This document shows positions 45,242 through 54,804 of a stretch of 54,804 nt of DNA, one piece after another. Numbering within the stretch: position 1 is the first letter of the stretch; each line of letters begins with the position of its first letter. The position numbers and the translations under genes are program-made. Source of the DNA: a virus (Duplodnaviria; Caudoviricetes); the IMG/VR virus record IMGVR_UViG_3300012920_000051, positions 1-54,804 of that record; one strand, written 5' to 3'. The notes below the pieces were generated by a model. That model saw only the letters and a list, made by a program, of their open reading frames with translations. It made no database searches and was not told the origin of the DNA.

Positions 45242-46496
45242 TGACGAAAAGATTCGCGTCGCTACGCTACGCGCTCAACGCTATGGAGTTGGAAACCGCA
45301 CTGAGCAGCTTAATCGCGTTGGCTTAGACGAGAACGTCAAGACTCCCTCTCAAATATGGGATGATATACTCGCTAATCCCGACCTTTATGGATCTGTCCA
45401 AGCAGATTGGAACTCTTTTGGCCTCCAAGACTTGCCGGAGGCTCTCTTACAAGAGAACATTAGAGACACCCTTGACACCGTGAATGTCGCTATAGATGTC
45501 GTAAGAGAATTCATCTCTATATTGGAGACAATCGTTGATGCTGTTCTCTTATTGGCTATAGATGGTGCTAACCTGATCGCAGAGGCGTTCAACATCGCGA
45601 TCCTCGCTTTACAGGCTTTCGTTGATCTCTTTGGCGCGACACAAGTGTCACTCATCTCGGGAATACCTTCTACGATTAAGAGCGCTAAGACTTTACCACT
45701 CGCGCTCCAAGAGATCTCACAATCTTATTTTGATATGGCTGATCACCGCCGACCCACAAGCAGATCTGAGAGCGACGCACACCTGTTCTTAGGGTTGTTC
45801 GTTACGGCCCCCACGATACACGCGCTCTCTGAAGCTTGGGAGGTGTTTAAGGCTCTGATGCCCCCTAGCCAAAGATTTCAATATAACAACATAGACACGT
45901 ACAACGCCATAACGAGCTATCCGTATGACATGTACCAAACAGGCCAAGCGCAAGCGCCTAATTGGTCATCTGCACAGCTTAAAGATCTTCAACCCTTTAA
46001 GACTACTGTTGATGGCTTAATATCATTGACCAACGCGCTCAAGGTAGGCAAATCTTATACAGAGGCTGTACGCACACAATTGAATATCATAAAGCGACGT
46101 GTAGACTATGTTGAACAGACCATACAAAAAATCTTAACGATGATACAGGGCTTTATCGCTGTAACAGAAAGCCCAATTCAGACGCTCACCGTGTATGGAA
46201 CCGGAAATATAGAAGGCGTCGCTGACACTATTGGGAATGCACATCGCCTCGCGACTTATCCGTTAAACCTAGAGGCGCCTGTTGAGAAGACTGCCTATTT
46301 AGGGTTTCACTTTGTGTTAGGCGTAGGCCGAGCAGCCGATGTTATACGCGCAGCATTTAAGATCACTAACATGGCCCAAAACGCGCAATGGAGCGAAAAC
46401 CTAAAGACGGCAACTAGCGCTACTGATCAAGGTGCTGTTAACATCGCACAGCGCGCTGATGATATTAACTTTATTTGGAATACAAAGGGTGAATGA
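45210..46496 (+). CDS. Hypothetical baseplate-region protein (amphipathic helices)
   Basis: AAGGAG RBS; 428 aa; coupled to the gp25-like gene. Confidence 0.75.
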   Translation: MSQRDYDTLSDDEKIRVATLRAQRYGVGNRTEQLNRVGLDENVKTPSQIWDDILANPDLYGSVQADWNSFGLQDLPEALLQENIRDTLDTVNVAIDVVREFISILETIVDAVLLLAIDGANLIAEAFNIAILALQAFVDLFGATQVSLISGIPSTIKSAKTLPLALQEISQSYFDMADHRRPTSRSESDAHLFLGLFVTAPTIHALSEAWEVFKALMPPSQRFQYNNIDTYNAITSYPYDMYQTGQAQAPNWSSAQLKDLQPFKTTVDGLISLTNALKVGKSYTEAVRTQLNIIKRRVDYVEQTIQKILTMIQGFIAVTESPIQTLTVYGTGNIEGVADTIGNAHRLATYPLNLEAPVEKTAYLGFHFVLGVGRAADVIRAAFKITNMAQNAQWSENLKTATSATDQGAVNIAQRADDINFIWNTKGE

Positions 46497-46873
46497 TGTT
46501 GAACGTCACTAAGGGTCTATCTTATCCGTTATCATTTGGCGCTAACGGCGGGCTTGCGCGCTCATCTGGATCTCAGAAGATTTTAGCGAATATCAAGAAC
46601 ATCGTGACTACGCGCCTTGGAGAGCGCTACATGGCGCGCGACCTTGGCACAAACATAGCGAGTCATCTCTTTAGCAACATTGGCTCTATACCGTTCGCTG
46701 TATTAGCGACAGATGTACGCACCGCAATTCAGAGATATGAGCCTCGCGTACAGGTGATCTCTGTACAGATCAAACAATCTGAGAGCGAAGAGTCTACTCT
46801 AAAGATTAATATCATTTACAAGGTTAAGACACTTGGGTTAAGCCCGGAGGTGTCTTTAGATTTTGAGGTTTAA
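46493..46873 (+). CDS. Baseplate wedge / sheath initiator (GPW / gp25 family)
   Basis: GL.YP, I..NI..IV.T..GERYM..DLG and AI.RYEPRV motifs. Confidence 0.92.
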   Translation: MMLNVTKGLSYPLSFGANGGLARSSGSQKILANIKNIVTTRLGERYMARDLGTNIASHLFSNIGSIPFAVLATDVRTAIQRYEPRVQVISVQIKQSESEESTLKINIIYKVKTLGLSPEVSLDFEV

Positions 46874-46875
46874 CG

Positions 46876-48759
46876 ATGCGCGCGATAGAATCCACTACCC
46901 TTAGCGGTTTACCATTTCAGCTTGATGTCTCTGCGAGAGACTATGTGTCTATCCGGGACGCTCTGATTAGATTCATCTCTGATATTACCCCTGAATGGAC
47001 AGACCGCTCTCCGGGCGACTTAGGCATGAATCTCTTAGAGGTCATGTCTTACGTAGCAGACACGCTCAACTACCATATAGATCGCGCGCAAAACGAGAGT
47101 TACCTTACTACCGCGCAAGAGTTGCAAAACGTCAAGGCGTTGTTGTCGCTTATTGGCTATGAGATGTCTACAGGAGCAGGCTCAACTGTGCCTATGTGTA
47201 TCGTGTGTGATCGGCCTGTTAACATCCCTGCGGGAACACGCATCACGGCGCAAGGAGTTTCAGGTGCTTTTGAATTTATTAATCCTATTAATATAGCGGC
47301 TGCGGGTGTATATGCACCATCGAGTGTTGTGGCGATAACCCAAGAGGGTCTTGGGGGAATCCCCGTCACGGCAAATGACGATTTGGTCGCATATTATGGA
47401 AGCACTGTACAAGAGTTGTTGGGTACTTCTAATGGTCGTGCCTATCAGGTTTTCACTCTATCCAATACAGACGTATCATTCTCTTCTGTTGCTCCGCTTT
47501 ATTTGGAATGTGATGGAGAAATTTACGAGCCTGTATCTAACTTTATAGATGCAGAGCCCGACTCTGCGGTGTTTGTTTACTCTATAGACGCGAACGGTGT
47601 TGTGTCTGTGCGCTTTGGTGACGGCGTATCGGGTAAGATACCTACTGTAAATCAAGAGATCGCGGCGTCATACCGGACTGGTACCGGTTCAGTATCTAAC
47701 TCTTTTGGTGTTAATACGATCGTCACGCTATCTAGCTCTATTATAGGGATACAACGTATCTTTAACCCGGTGACGCCTTCGGGCGGTCTTGATGCTGAAT
47801 CTATATTTGACGCTAAGATCAACGGCCCTCTATCGCTTAGAGCGCTCGACCGCGCCGTAACCCTAGAGGATTACGAGACTTTGGCTCGCCTTACTCCATC
47901 AGGAGGCGTCATGAATGCGCGGGCTGATGGCTCTGATCCTTACCGCGTCAAGATTTACATATCTGCACAGGGGGAAAATCCCATACCTTCAGGTCGATGG
48001 TACTCTGAGATAGAAGCTGGTACAGGTCTTCTTGGGGCTGTAGGGCGTTGGCTGATCACTCGTAAGCCTGCTACAGCTCAAATTGAGGTTCTCGCCCCTA
48101 CAGCGGTGCGTTTGTTTATGCGACTGCGCGTGAACGTCAATCGGAATATACTTCGTGAGGAGGTCCGAACGAACGTCTTAGAGAATATACAGACCATGCT
48201 TGACCAGGTTAACGACGTATTTGGAAAGAGCCTTCACTTATCACGATTGATCCAAGTAGTTGAAAACACAAGAGGTGTTGACTTCCTGAATGTATTAGAG
48301 TTTAGGCGCGTACCTGAGCTTTATTATATCAAGGGCTCTGAATACTCGCCTATTGGCGCATCTATTGATGTAGAGCAATTTGACACCACTGTATCTGAGC
48401 GTTATGAGATTGTTTGGCGTAACTCGTATCAATATACTCTAAGGTCTTCAAATTACGGGGATATAAGAGATTCTTACTCTGCGAGAGTCGCTACAGTGTT
48501 TAATGTAAATACTGATTCTAACGTATTTTTCTATAACTTTCAAGAGACTGAAGACATCCCCGCGCGATCAAGGCAGATCACCCTTTCGATCAATCTTGGG
48601 AACAACACTCCATCTCGAGGAGATGTTTGGGGCTTCGCTGTTGATTCTGCTGTTGGCAACATCAATCTCCTCCCTAGCGAAATCGCTGTGCCTTCGCTAA
48701 CCGCAGATCAACTTCTCGATCAGGCTTCATATCAAATTGAGATTCTTGGAGGAATCTGA
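46876..48759 (+). CDS. Baseplate J-like wedge protein (Afp11 / gp6-like)
   Basis: RDY..IR, PEWTD.SPGDLG..LLE, VRFGDGV.GK.P, GGLDAES and RAVTLEDYE motifs. Confidence 0.92.
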   Translation: MRAIESTTLSGLPFQLDVSARDYVSIRDALIRFISDITPEWTDRSPGDLGMNLLEVMSYVADTLNYHIDRAQNESYLTTAQELQNVKALLSLIGYEMSTGAGSTVPMCIVCDRPVNIPAGTRITAQGVSGAFEFINPINIAAAGVYAPSSVVAITQEGLGGIPVTANDDLVAYYGSTVQELLGTSNGRAYQVFTLSNTDVSFSSVAPLYLECDGEIYEPVSNFIDAEPDSAVFVYSIDANGVVSVRFGDGVSGKIPTVNQEIAASYRTGTGSVSNSFGVNTIVTLSSSIIGIQRIFNPVTPSGGLDAESIFDAKINGPLSLRALDRAVTLEDYETLARLTPSGGVMNARADGSDPYRVKIYISAQGENPIPSGRWYSEIEAGTGLLGAVGRWLITRKPATAQIEVLAPTAVRLFMRLRVNVNRNILREEVRTNVLENIQTMLDQVNDVFGKSLHLSRLIQVVENTRGVDFLNVLEFRRVPELYYIKGSEYSPIGASIDVEQFDTTVSERYEIVWRNSYQYTLRSSNYGDIRDSYSARVATVFNVNTDSNVFFYNFQETEDIPARSRQITLSINLGNNTPSRGDVWGFAVDSAVGNINLLPSEIAVPSLTADQLLDQASYQIEILGGI

Positions 48760-50177
48760 TGACGATGGACAACCTTTGGCAATTTAGATTCGTAGATTCT
48801 TTTGGCGATCTTGGCCGAAGGTTAGATACGCTTGGAAAAGAAAACCCCATCGTCGTAGAGAGCTACCCTTATCCCGACAAGACAATCTCTGCATTAGAAG
48901 GTAATGTTTCTCTTGGCGACCCTTGCGCCATTGTAAGATTCAATGTTCCGGCTACCAACGCCGTTACCCTCACCGGCCGGACACGCATACTCTGCTCTAG
49001 CGTCAAATTCGTTCGTGACCCCGAGGAGCTAAACACCTCACTACGAGACATCACTGATAAAGAGTTCAATCTCGATCCCGCAGATACAGACACTCAATAC
49101 ACTACAGTGGTCACTTCGCCTGCGTCTACTATGGTGTATGTCTCTATCTGCTTCGAGGCAGATAGTGGTATTTGGTATTTTAGCCCTCAATACCTCATGG
49201 GTCGCACACTGATTCGTAGACCTATAGGGATGTGGGGAGATCGTCTCTTCGCTTCGATGCCTGTATATCAACAAGCACAAGACGACAATAATGAAGACAC
49301 ACTTCTTCGTATATTTAAGCTGTTTGGATCTTCTCTGGATGATGCCTACTCTAGGATAAGCAGACCTTACTCTGCTTACGACTATGAGCGCATCGACGCA
49401 GCAGTCTTGCCCTTTATAGATCGGCTTATTGGTTGGCCTACCAACTTTGAGCTTCCTGAAGACCTGCGACGAAGAGAAACAGGAAGCGCCGTTGATTTAT
49501 GGAAAGCTAAGGGGTCTTCGCGCGCCCTAGAGCTCGTTATGCAGCGCACGATAGGATGGGATGTAGAAATATTTGAAGGTTGGAGGCATGTTGCTCGCAC
49601 CGCCTACAGAACATTAGAGCGACCCGCTGATTGGATAGAGGGTGAAATTGACTTAGACTCGCAACTACCTGCTGATCAACAACCTACAGGTATATGGGAT
49701 GACTTATCCGCTAATCAATTAATGACATGGAGCGCCCGAGATGGCGTCCCATTTAATAGCGTAAGCAGTACCATTCTTGTCTTGCCCTCTCCCGACAACG
49801 ATTGGAAGAATACAAACGGAGTCCTAATACGCCTCTATCCGTCGCCAACCGCAAAGACCACGCTTACTCGTCTAGCGATTGCTAAGGCTAAGAACCTCAT
49901 TCCCTTGTTCGTCTTACACTCAGCAGACGTGTACTTCGCTATTGTTGACTCCTATCAGGAGACGATGAAAATAGGCTTCTCGTCTGAGTTTGACGATGAC
50001 TTTGGTAGCAGGCACGCCAACGACATTCGCCTTGACATTTTAGACCACATATCCAAGACTAAGAGCGATAAGTGTCTACTCAAGACATGGACATTGCCTG
50101 AACAGAGTACGACCAACGATACGAAATACCGCCTATATCACAGCGAAATAGAATTCACCTGCGATGCAGAAGCCTAA
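48759..50177 (+). CDS. Baseplate wedge protein (P2 tail protein I / gp7-like)
   Basis: LF..MP.YQ..D and LPFI..LIGW.....LPE..RR....AV.LWK.KGS..AL motifs. Confidence 0.8.
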   Translation: MTMDNLWQFRFVDSFGDLGRRLDTLGKENPIVVESYPYPDKTISALEGNVSLGDPCAIVRFNVPATNAVTLTGRTRILCSSVKFVRDPEELNTSLRDITDKEFNLDPADTDTQYTTVVTSPASTMVYVSICFEADSGIWYFSPQYLMGRTLIRRPIGMWGDRLFASMPVYQQAQDDNNEDTLLRIFKLFGSSLDDAYSRISRPYSAYDYERIDAAVLPFIDRLIGWPTNFELPEDLRRRETGSAVDLWKAKGSSRALELVMQRTIGWDVEIFEGWRHVARTAYRTLERPADWIEGEIDLDSQLPADQQPTGIWDDLSANQLMTWSARDGVPFNSVSSTILVLPSPDNDWKNTNGVLIRLYPSPTAKTTLTRLAIAKAKNLIPLFVLHSADVYFAIVDSYQETMKIGFSSEFDDDFGSRHANDIRLDILDHISKTKSDKCLLKTWTLPEQSTTNDTKYRLYHSEIEFTCDAEA

Positions 50178-50195
50178 CTCTATAGGAGTAGAGCC

Positions 50196-50789
50196 ATGAT
50201 CCAACAGATGCCTAAAATCTTAAGCGGTAAATGGCGTGATCGCCTCTATCGTGACAATCAGCTTGTGTCCGACACTGGAGAGCGATCTAATCAAATTCAA
50301 AATGGTGCTTATGTAGCGGTTGCCTCGCTCTTAGCTAATCAATTCGATATCGCAAGGGTGCCTGTCGAGACTCCAACGACATACGGCATTAGCTATATTG
50401 ATTATGGCTCTGGAGATCCCTCTTGGGATTTACCCGGCGCTGTAATCAACCAACCTGTGGATGCAACGCAGATCGCCAATGCGACTTATAGGCAAACCAT
50501 CTCACAAAATCAGATCACCTTTGTTCCTGTGGGCGACCCCTTTGGTGGAAACGGCATTAGCTTAGAGCCTACCAATCGCATTCGCATCTCGCTCACTCTT
50601 GAAGAATTAGAGTTTGTAGGACAGCTTAGAGAGTTTGGGCTGTTCTGTCGTTACGGTGACAACGCGGCAGATCAATCACAGGTCAATCAAGGCTTGATCT
50701 TCAATTGGGTTACGCACCCGCTCATTGACAAAGATGATAGCTTGCGTTTAGAGCGCGTTATTGAAATCACTATAGAGAATTGTAACTGA
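50196..50789 (+). CDS. Tail-collar / baseplate-fibre connector-like protein
   Basis: N.I, YIDYGSGD, LREFGLF and HPLI.KD..L motifs. Confidence 0.7.
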   Translation: MIQQMPKILSGKWRDRLYRDNQLVSDTGERSNQIQNGAYVAVASLLANQFDIARVPVETPTTYGISYIDYGSGDPSWDLPGAVINQPVDATQIANATYRQTISQNQITFVPVGDPFGGNGISLEPTNRIRISLTLEELEFVGQLREFGLFCRYGDNAADQSQVNQGLIFNWVTHPLIDKDDSLRLERVIEITIENCN

Positions 50790-50800
50790 AAGAGGATAAG

Positions 50801-53800
50801 ATGTCTGATACTCCAACGCCCAACCTATCCACTCAAGGCACATTTGATCGGAGAAATCTCTATAAGAATGTCCGATTCCAACAAGGCAAACCTGTTTTAG
50901 ACACAGAGCTAAACGACGCACAAGACATGTCGCTCGAAGAGGTGTTCGCTAAGGCGCGTTTAGATACTCGATTTAGCGGTGTAGAAACCTCTCCCTTTGA
51001 GTTCGCTGTCCTCCCGGCAGATGTAGCGCCTGCCTCTGTCCTCAACGAGGATAACTTTGCTATCACTCTAGGGCGATTGCCTACGCGCGGGGGCATCATT
51101 GATACGGACAGTCTACATCAGATCGCTGAAGATCAATGGACTATCCCCTACGATGGATTCTTGTACACGCAAAACGGAGGCAACTCTCCTGATGCGTTTG
51201 GCAACTACGTCTTCAAGGGCTTCGTATCAGACACTGATCCAACTGCTACTACCACTAAGTTGGTCGATCTATCTAAGAACTACGGCGCTCATCATCTTCT
51301 CGTAGAGTCTACGACGGCATTCACCATTACGGATGGCTTACAACCTAAGACGTTAAATGTTAAAACCGGCGGTTGTCGCGTCATGTTCACGAATGCCGTA
51401 AATCAGGCTAACGTGAATGTGCCTGTTGAGATTACAGGCGTTAGCGGAACTACCTTGGTATTCAATGCACTGCCCGCAGACATCAAGGTAGGCGATGAAT
51501 ACATTATCTTACCGCCCAATATGTTGGCGCAATCTCGCAACTCTTGGGACTCTGCTGATAACTATGAAACGGTTATTGGGGCTGAAGACAACCCGCTACA
51601 GGTGATCTTCATCAATTCTTGGCAAGAAGACATCTCGTCAAATGAAGACAGTAACATCGAGAACCCGAACATTGGCACCGAGACTAGCCATAGGACTCAA
51701 TTGCGCTGGACTGCGCGAATCGCGCACATCTATGGAGATGCAATCACCACGCTCGCTACAGATCTCTCCGATCTAGGGGAGCATAGCTTCGCGTCATCAG
51801 CGCGTGACTTAATTAAGACGCTGATTACCACACAGGAATTTACTCTTGGATCAGACCAAGACTCTTCTTGGAACATTGGCGTTAATGGATTCACACAACA
51901 GACTCTGTTACTGTCATCGGGTGATTCTGTATACGACTCGTCTGAAGACCTAGCGCTACGAGATCGTCCGCGTTCTGTCATGGGTACTCAAAAGGTGTCT
52001 TCCCCTGTCGTTCGCAAGATGGGCGATGATGGGCTGATCAACTTTGATATCCTTAAGGCGCTTGTAGGGTTGCACTCAACACAAGGGAGCGACGTTGCCT
52101 ATGACCGCTTCCTTAGTGATCAGACAATCTTGTCTTTGTTTAGCGCCCCATCAAAGCGCCTACACCAAGAGTACCTATATGGCGGTGCGCGCCTGTCTAC
52201 CCTTCAGGACTACGCTAATAACGCAGCTCCTGCGGGTAAAGATGTGCTGTCTCCTGTGTTTTGGATGTTCAACTACGATCCGAATCACTTAGGTAATCTC
52301 AACGTAGCAGACGGCGCGCAAGCGACCATTCCTCGCTTCTGGAAGAACCCACTAACTAGCGCTAACGCAAATGGATTCTTCACGCAGGTAGCAGGCTCTG
52401 ATCTTTATAGTGTACAGCCTTCCATCTTCATCAACCCTCCAAGGGTCTATCTTAAAGCGAGCGACGCCTCTACAGAGATTCTACGTGCGCGTCAAGCATT
52501 CTATGGCGCTACGCCTCATCGCATGATGGATCAACTTAGGGGTGTATATGCGCCTCTTGTCGAATCTAAGCTGTCTCTGTCTGAAGGCGAGACTCTTCGC
52601 CAAGTACTGTTCAACTCCCTAGATGGACGTTTAGACTCTTACGACAACATGCTCTTGGCAATCATGGGTCAAGCGGGCATTACCCAACTTCGCTCTGCGG
52701 GAGACGCGGGGTCATCTCAATCTTCTGGAGTCTACCGCGTCCTTAGCTGCGGAAACTCTCTGCTAAAAGATACCCACGCCGTAGGCATCGCAAGCTCAGG
52801 GACAACTTATCGACAGGCAGAAAATGCGTCTGCTGATTGGATCTCTGCGACCAACTACGGCGATAGCCGTTTGACATTTGGCACGATTGACTTTGAAGAT
52901 CCTCTCTACGCTGAGAATGGGGCTTGGCCTGTCTCCGGAGAAAATCTTGGCGACACGCGCCCACAGCTGTCTTCTCCGGAATCATCCTACAAGGTAAGAG
53001 AGCTCACGAACGGCTCTTACTCTGTTTCATATAATGACGACGCGCTTGGGTGGAACCGCGTAAAGAGCGCAGACGAACAACGTAAGTGGCACGAGGGTAT
53101 CGCTCAAGCTAAGGCGTTCCGCGATTCCTTCAATCTCCGCAAGCTCGCGATCAAGACAACTGCTCACGCTGAAGGCGATCTCTTCACGATTGATCAGCCT
53201 CTTTGGTTTAAGGCGTTTGACTCTAACGCGGATATCTTGACGTTCATCCGAGATAACATTGTTGTTGGCCCAGGCGACGCAGACATTCTCGACGAAGGCT
53301 TCTTTACTGCGTTATCTAATATTAGCTTTGGCGGGATCACGCCTCTCGCAAGCAGTGTGTCTGCGATCCGTACACAGCTCGCTGATGTAGAGAGTAATGG
53401 CCCTATGGGAATTACCTCTTCTGCGGGTACCTCTTACTCGCCTGAGCTTGGCTCTACTGGGCAATCTCCGCTCACTAAGGCATTAGGTCATGTAGCGACC
53501 AACACTACGCTCTTGCCCTTCTTAGCGAATATTAGTGGCTCGTCTTCAATTAGCCGTATTGATCAGGGCTCGTCGCCTTATTTAGATGACATCTTTAACC
53601 TGTCTAACTATTACACAGACATGGACGCCTCGTCCGCTAAGATGCTTGAACCGCTTAAGGGTGCTTGGGGTCGGAGAAAGATCACATTAGATGATCTCAT
53701 CACGGCAAGCCAAAACGCAGGGAGCAATCCGGGCAAAGAGGGTTTGTATATGCCTTCTACGTCTTTGGACTCAAACCGCGCTACTGCTCTTAGGCTTCGC

Positions 53801-54804
53801 TACCACATCGGTGATTTCTATCCAGGAGAAACTGATGCAAACGGTGTCCCTTCAAATCTCCTTGTAGACAGCCTCAACCTGTTTATACGCATAGAGCCAC
53901 TGAGCTTTGCTCATTGGATGACGATGCCTAAGCACCAACACTCTATCTTAGAGGGCTCTATGGATCTAAGTGAAGCGATTGCGACGCTCTTAGACCTCTC
54001 TAATGGACGTGGTATCCCCGATCACCTGTATACGCTTACAAGCGCCTTTGCTTCGCGCACAGACACTTCTGATTACCTCTTCATCGACGAATCAGAGGGC
54101 AACGTGATTCCGAGGGCAGCGCTCGATCTTAATAGCTTTGCGCTGTCTAAAAATGAGCCTGAGATCATTATCAATGGCACGTATACCCTTCAAGAGGCAC
54201 ACGCTCGCTATTACAACTCTGAGATCGCTCTCGCGTTTAGAGAAATAAACTCAGAGCTATTCTCTGCCCCCGGCAACCAAGATGGTCCTAATGGCACTGA
54301 TATCATATTTGCGGTCATCTTAGGCAATGAGATTGACATCACTTCTGTGTTCCCTGCCGGTGGTGATGCCTTTACAATAGATAACTATTTCCAAGAGATT
54401 GGGGTAGAGGCAAACAACGGTCAATATAACCTATTAGCAAAGTGGATATCAGGAGATCAATGGAAGCCATTGTTTGATCGCTGGGCTTCTGCACGCAACC
54501 GACCGCTCTCAGCGGACGTGCTCGCTGATCCATCTTTGACCGAGACGGCGCTAAAAGACTTCTATCTCGCTGTAGCGTCGCACCTTAAAGATGTACTTAG
54601 CTCGTTTATGTACAACTCCTCGACGATCTCTAAGGCATTAGACGGCCTTATCGACTCAGGAGCTTTGCGCTCTGATAAGCTTTATGATGTGATCGCAGAC
54701 TTAAAGAATCCTAATAATCCTGCGACAAGCGGATTGGCTACCACTACGCCAATCATTAGCCGTTGGCTTTCAAACTTATCACCAACTGCGATTAAGCGGA
54801 TGTA
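50801..54804 (+). CDS. Large tail fibre / baseplate protein with DUF6519/DUF4815-like N-terminus (3'-truncated, >1330 aa)
   Basis: GAGGA RBS; MSDTPTPNLSTQGTFDRRNLYKNVRFQQGKPVLDTELNDAQD; absent from the ORF track, consistent with the frame running off the window end. Confidence 0.8.
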   Translation, partial: MSDTPTPNLSTQGTFDRRNLYKNVRFQQGKPVLDTELNDAQDMSLEEVFAKARLDTRFSGVETSPFEFAVLPADVAPASVLNEDNFAITLGRLPTRGGIIDTDSLHQIAEDQWTIPYDGFLYTQNGGNSPDAFGNYVFKGFVSDTDPTATTTKLVDLSKNYGAHHLLVESTTAFTITDGLQPKTLNVKTGGCRVMFTNAVNQANVNVPVEITGVSGTTLVFNALPADIKVGDEYIILPPNMLAQSRNSWDSADNYETVIGAEDNPLQVIFINSWQEDISSNEDSNIENPNIGTETSHRTQLRWTARIAHIYGDAITTLATDLSDLGEHSFASSARDLIKTLITTQEFTLGSDQDSSWNIGVNGFTQQTLLLSSGDSVYDSSEDLALRDRPRSVMGTQKVSSPVVRKMGDDGLINFDILKALVGLHSTQGSDVAYDRFLSDQTILSLFSAPSKRLHQEYLYGGARLSTLQDYANNAAPAGKDVLSPVFWMFNYDPNHLGNLNVADGAQATIPRFWKNPLTSANANGFFTQVAGSDLYSVQPSIFINPPRVYLKASDASTEILRARQAFYGATPHRMMDQLRGVYAPLVESKLSLSEGETLRQVLFNSLDGRLDSYDNMLLAIMGQAGITQLRSAGDAGSSQSSGVYRVLSCGNSLLKDTHAVGIASSGTTYRQAENASADWISATNYGDSRLTFGTIDFEDPLYAENGAWPVSGENLGDTRPQLSSPESSYKVRELTNGSYSVSYNDDALGWNRVKSADEQRKWHEGIAQAKAFRDSFNLRKLAIKTTAHAEGDLFTIDQPLWFKAFDSNADILTFIRDNIVVGPGDADILDEGFFTALSNISFGGITPLASSVSAIRTQLADVESNGPMGITSSAGTSYSPELGSTGQSPLTKALGHVATNTTLLPFLANISGSSSISRIDQGSSPYLDDIFNLSNYYTDMDASSAKMLEPLKGAWGRRKITLDDLITASQNAGSNPGKEGLYMPSTSLDSNRATALRLRYHIGDFYPGETDANGVPSNLLVDSLNLFIRIEPLSFAHWMTMPKHQHSILEGSMDLSEAIATLLDLSNGRGIPDHLYTLTSAFASRTDTSDYLFIDESEGNVIPRAALDLNSFALSKNEPEIIINGTYTLQEAHARYYNSEIALAFREINSELFSAPGNQDGPNGTDIIFAVILGNEIDITSVFPAGGDAFTIDNYFQEIGVEANNGQYNLLAKWISGDQWKPLFDRWASARNRPLSADVLADPSLTETALKDFYLAVASHLKDVLSSFMYNSSTISKALDGLIDSGALRSDKLYDVIADLKNPNNPATSGLATTTPIISRWLSNLSPTAIKRM

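Noticed and set aside
31489-54804. Stand-alone eCIS or tailocin locus, or a prophage
   Set aside because: It is contiguous with terminase, portal and capsid genes and has a long tape measure; no integrase or host genes are present in the window.
1-54804. tRNA or rRNA genes
   Set aside because: No cloverleaf or T-loop pattern was recognised by eye in the intergenic regions; tRNAscan-SE would be needed to exclude them.

Overview
A 54.8 kb segment of a lytic, contractile-tailed dsDNA phage, with almost all genes on the + strand. The host is probably a myxobacterium (Myxococcota), inferred from a CdbA/TIGR04563-type ribbon-helix-helix gene. Layout: (i) 0-5.6 kb PhoH, amidase endolysin, ThyX and class II RNR; (ii) 5.7-15.6 kb small early genes behind repeated sigma70-type promoters, including beta-clamp-like and J-domain-like genes; (iii) 15.7-20.0 kb an unusual region where two blocks (16071-17335 and 17994-19963) almost completely lack AG and GG dinucleotides on the + strand, each carrying one gene with its own promoter, alternating with AGCGA-rich non-coding spacers, the second block bracketed by mirrored repeat clusters; (iv) 20-22.9 kb RusA, membrane proteins, CdbA-like protein, lytic transglycosylase and MazG; (v) 22.9-54.8 kb terminase, portal, head, neck, sheath, tube, chaperone with a -1 frameshift, tape measure and an eCIS-like baseplate. 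A 29-bp co-oriented motif with a palindromic core (AGTTTTnnAAAACT-a-N5-GAAyyTGTA) occurs in 14 full copies plus 2 core-only copies. All calls are by eye from the sequence and ORF track; no database searches were run.
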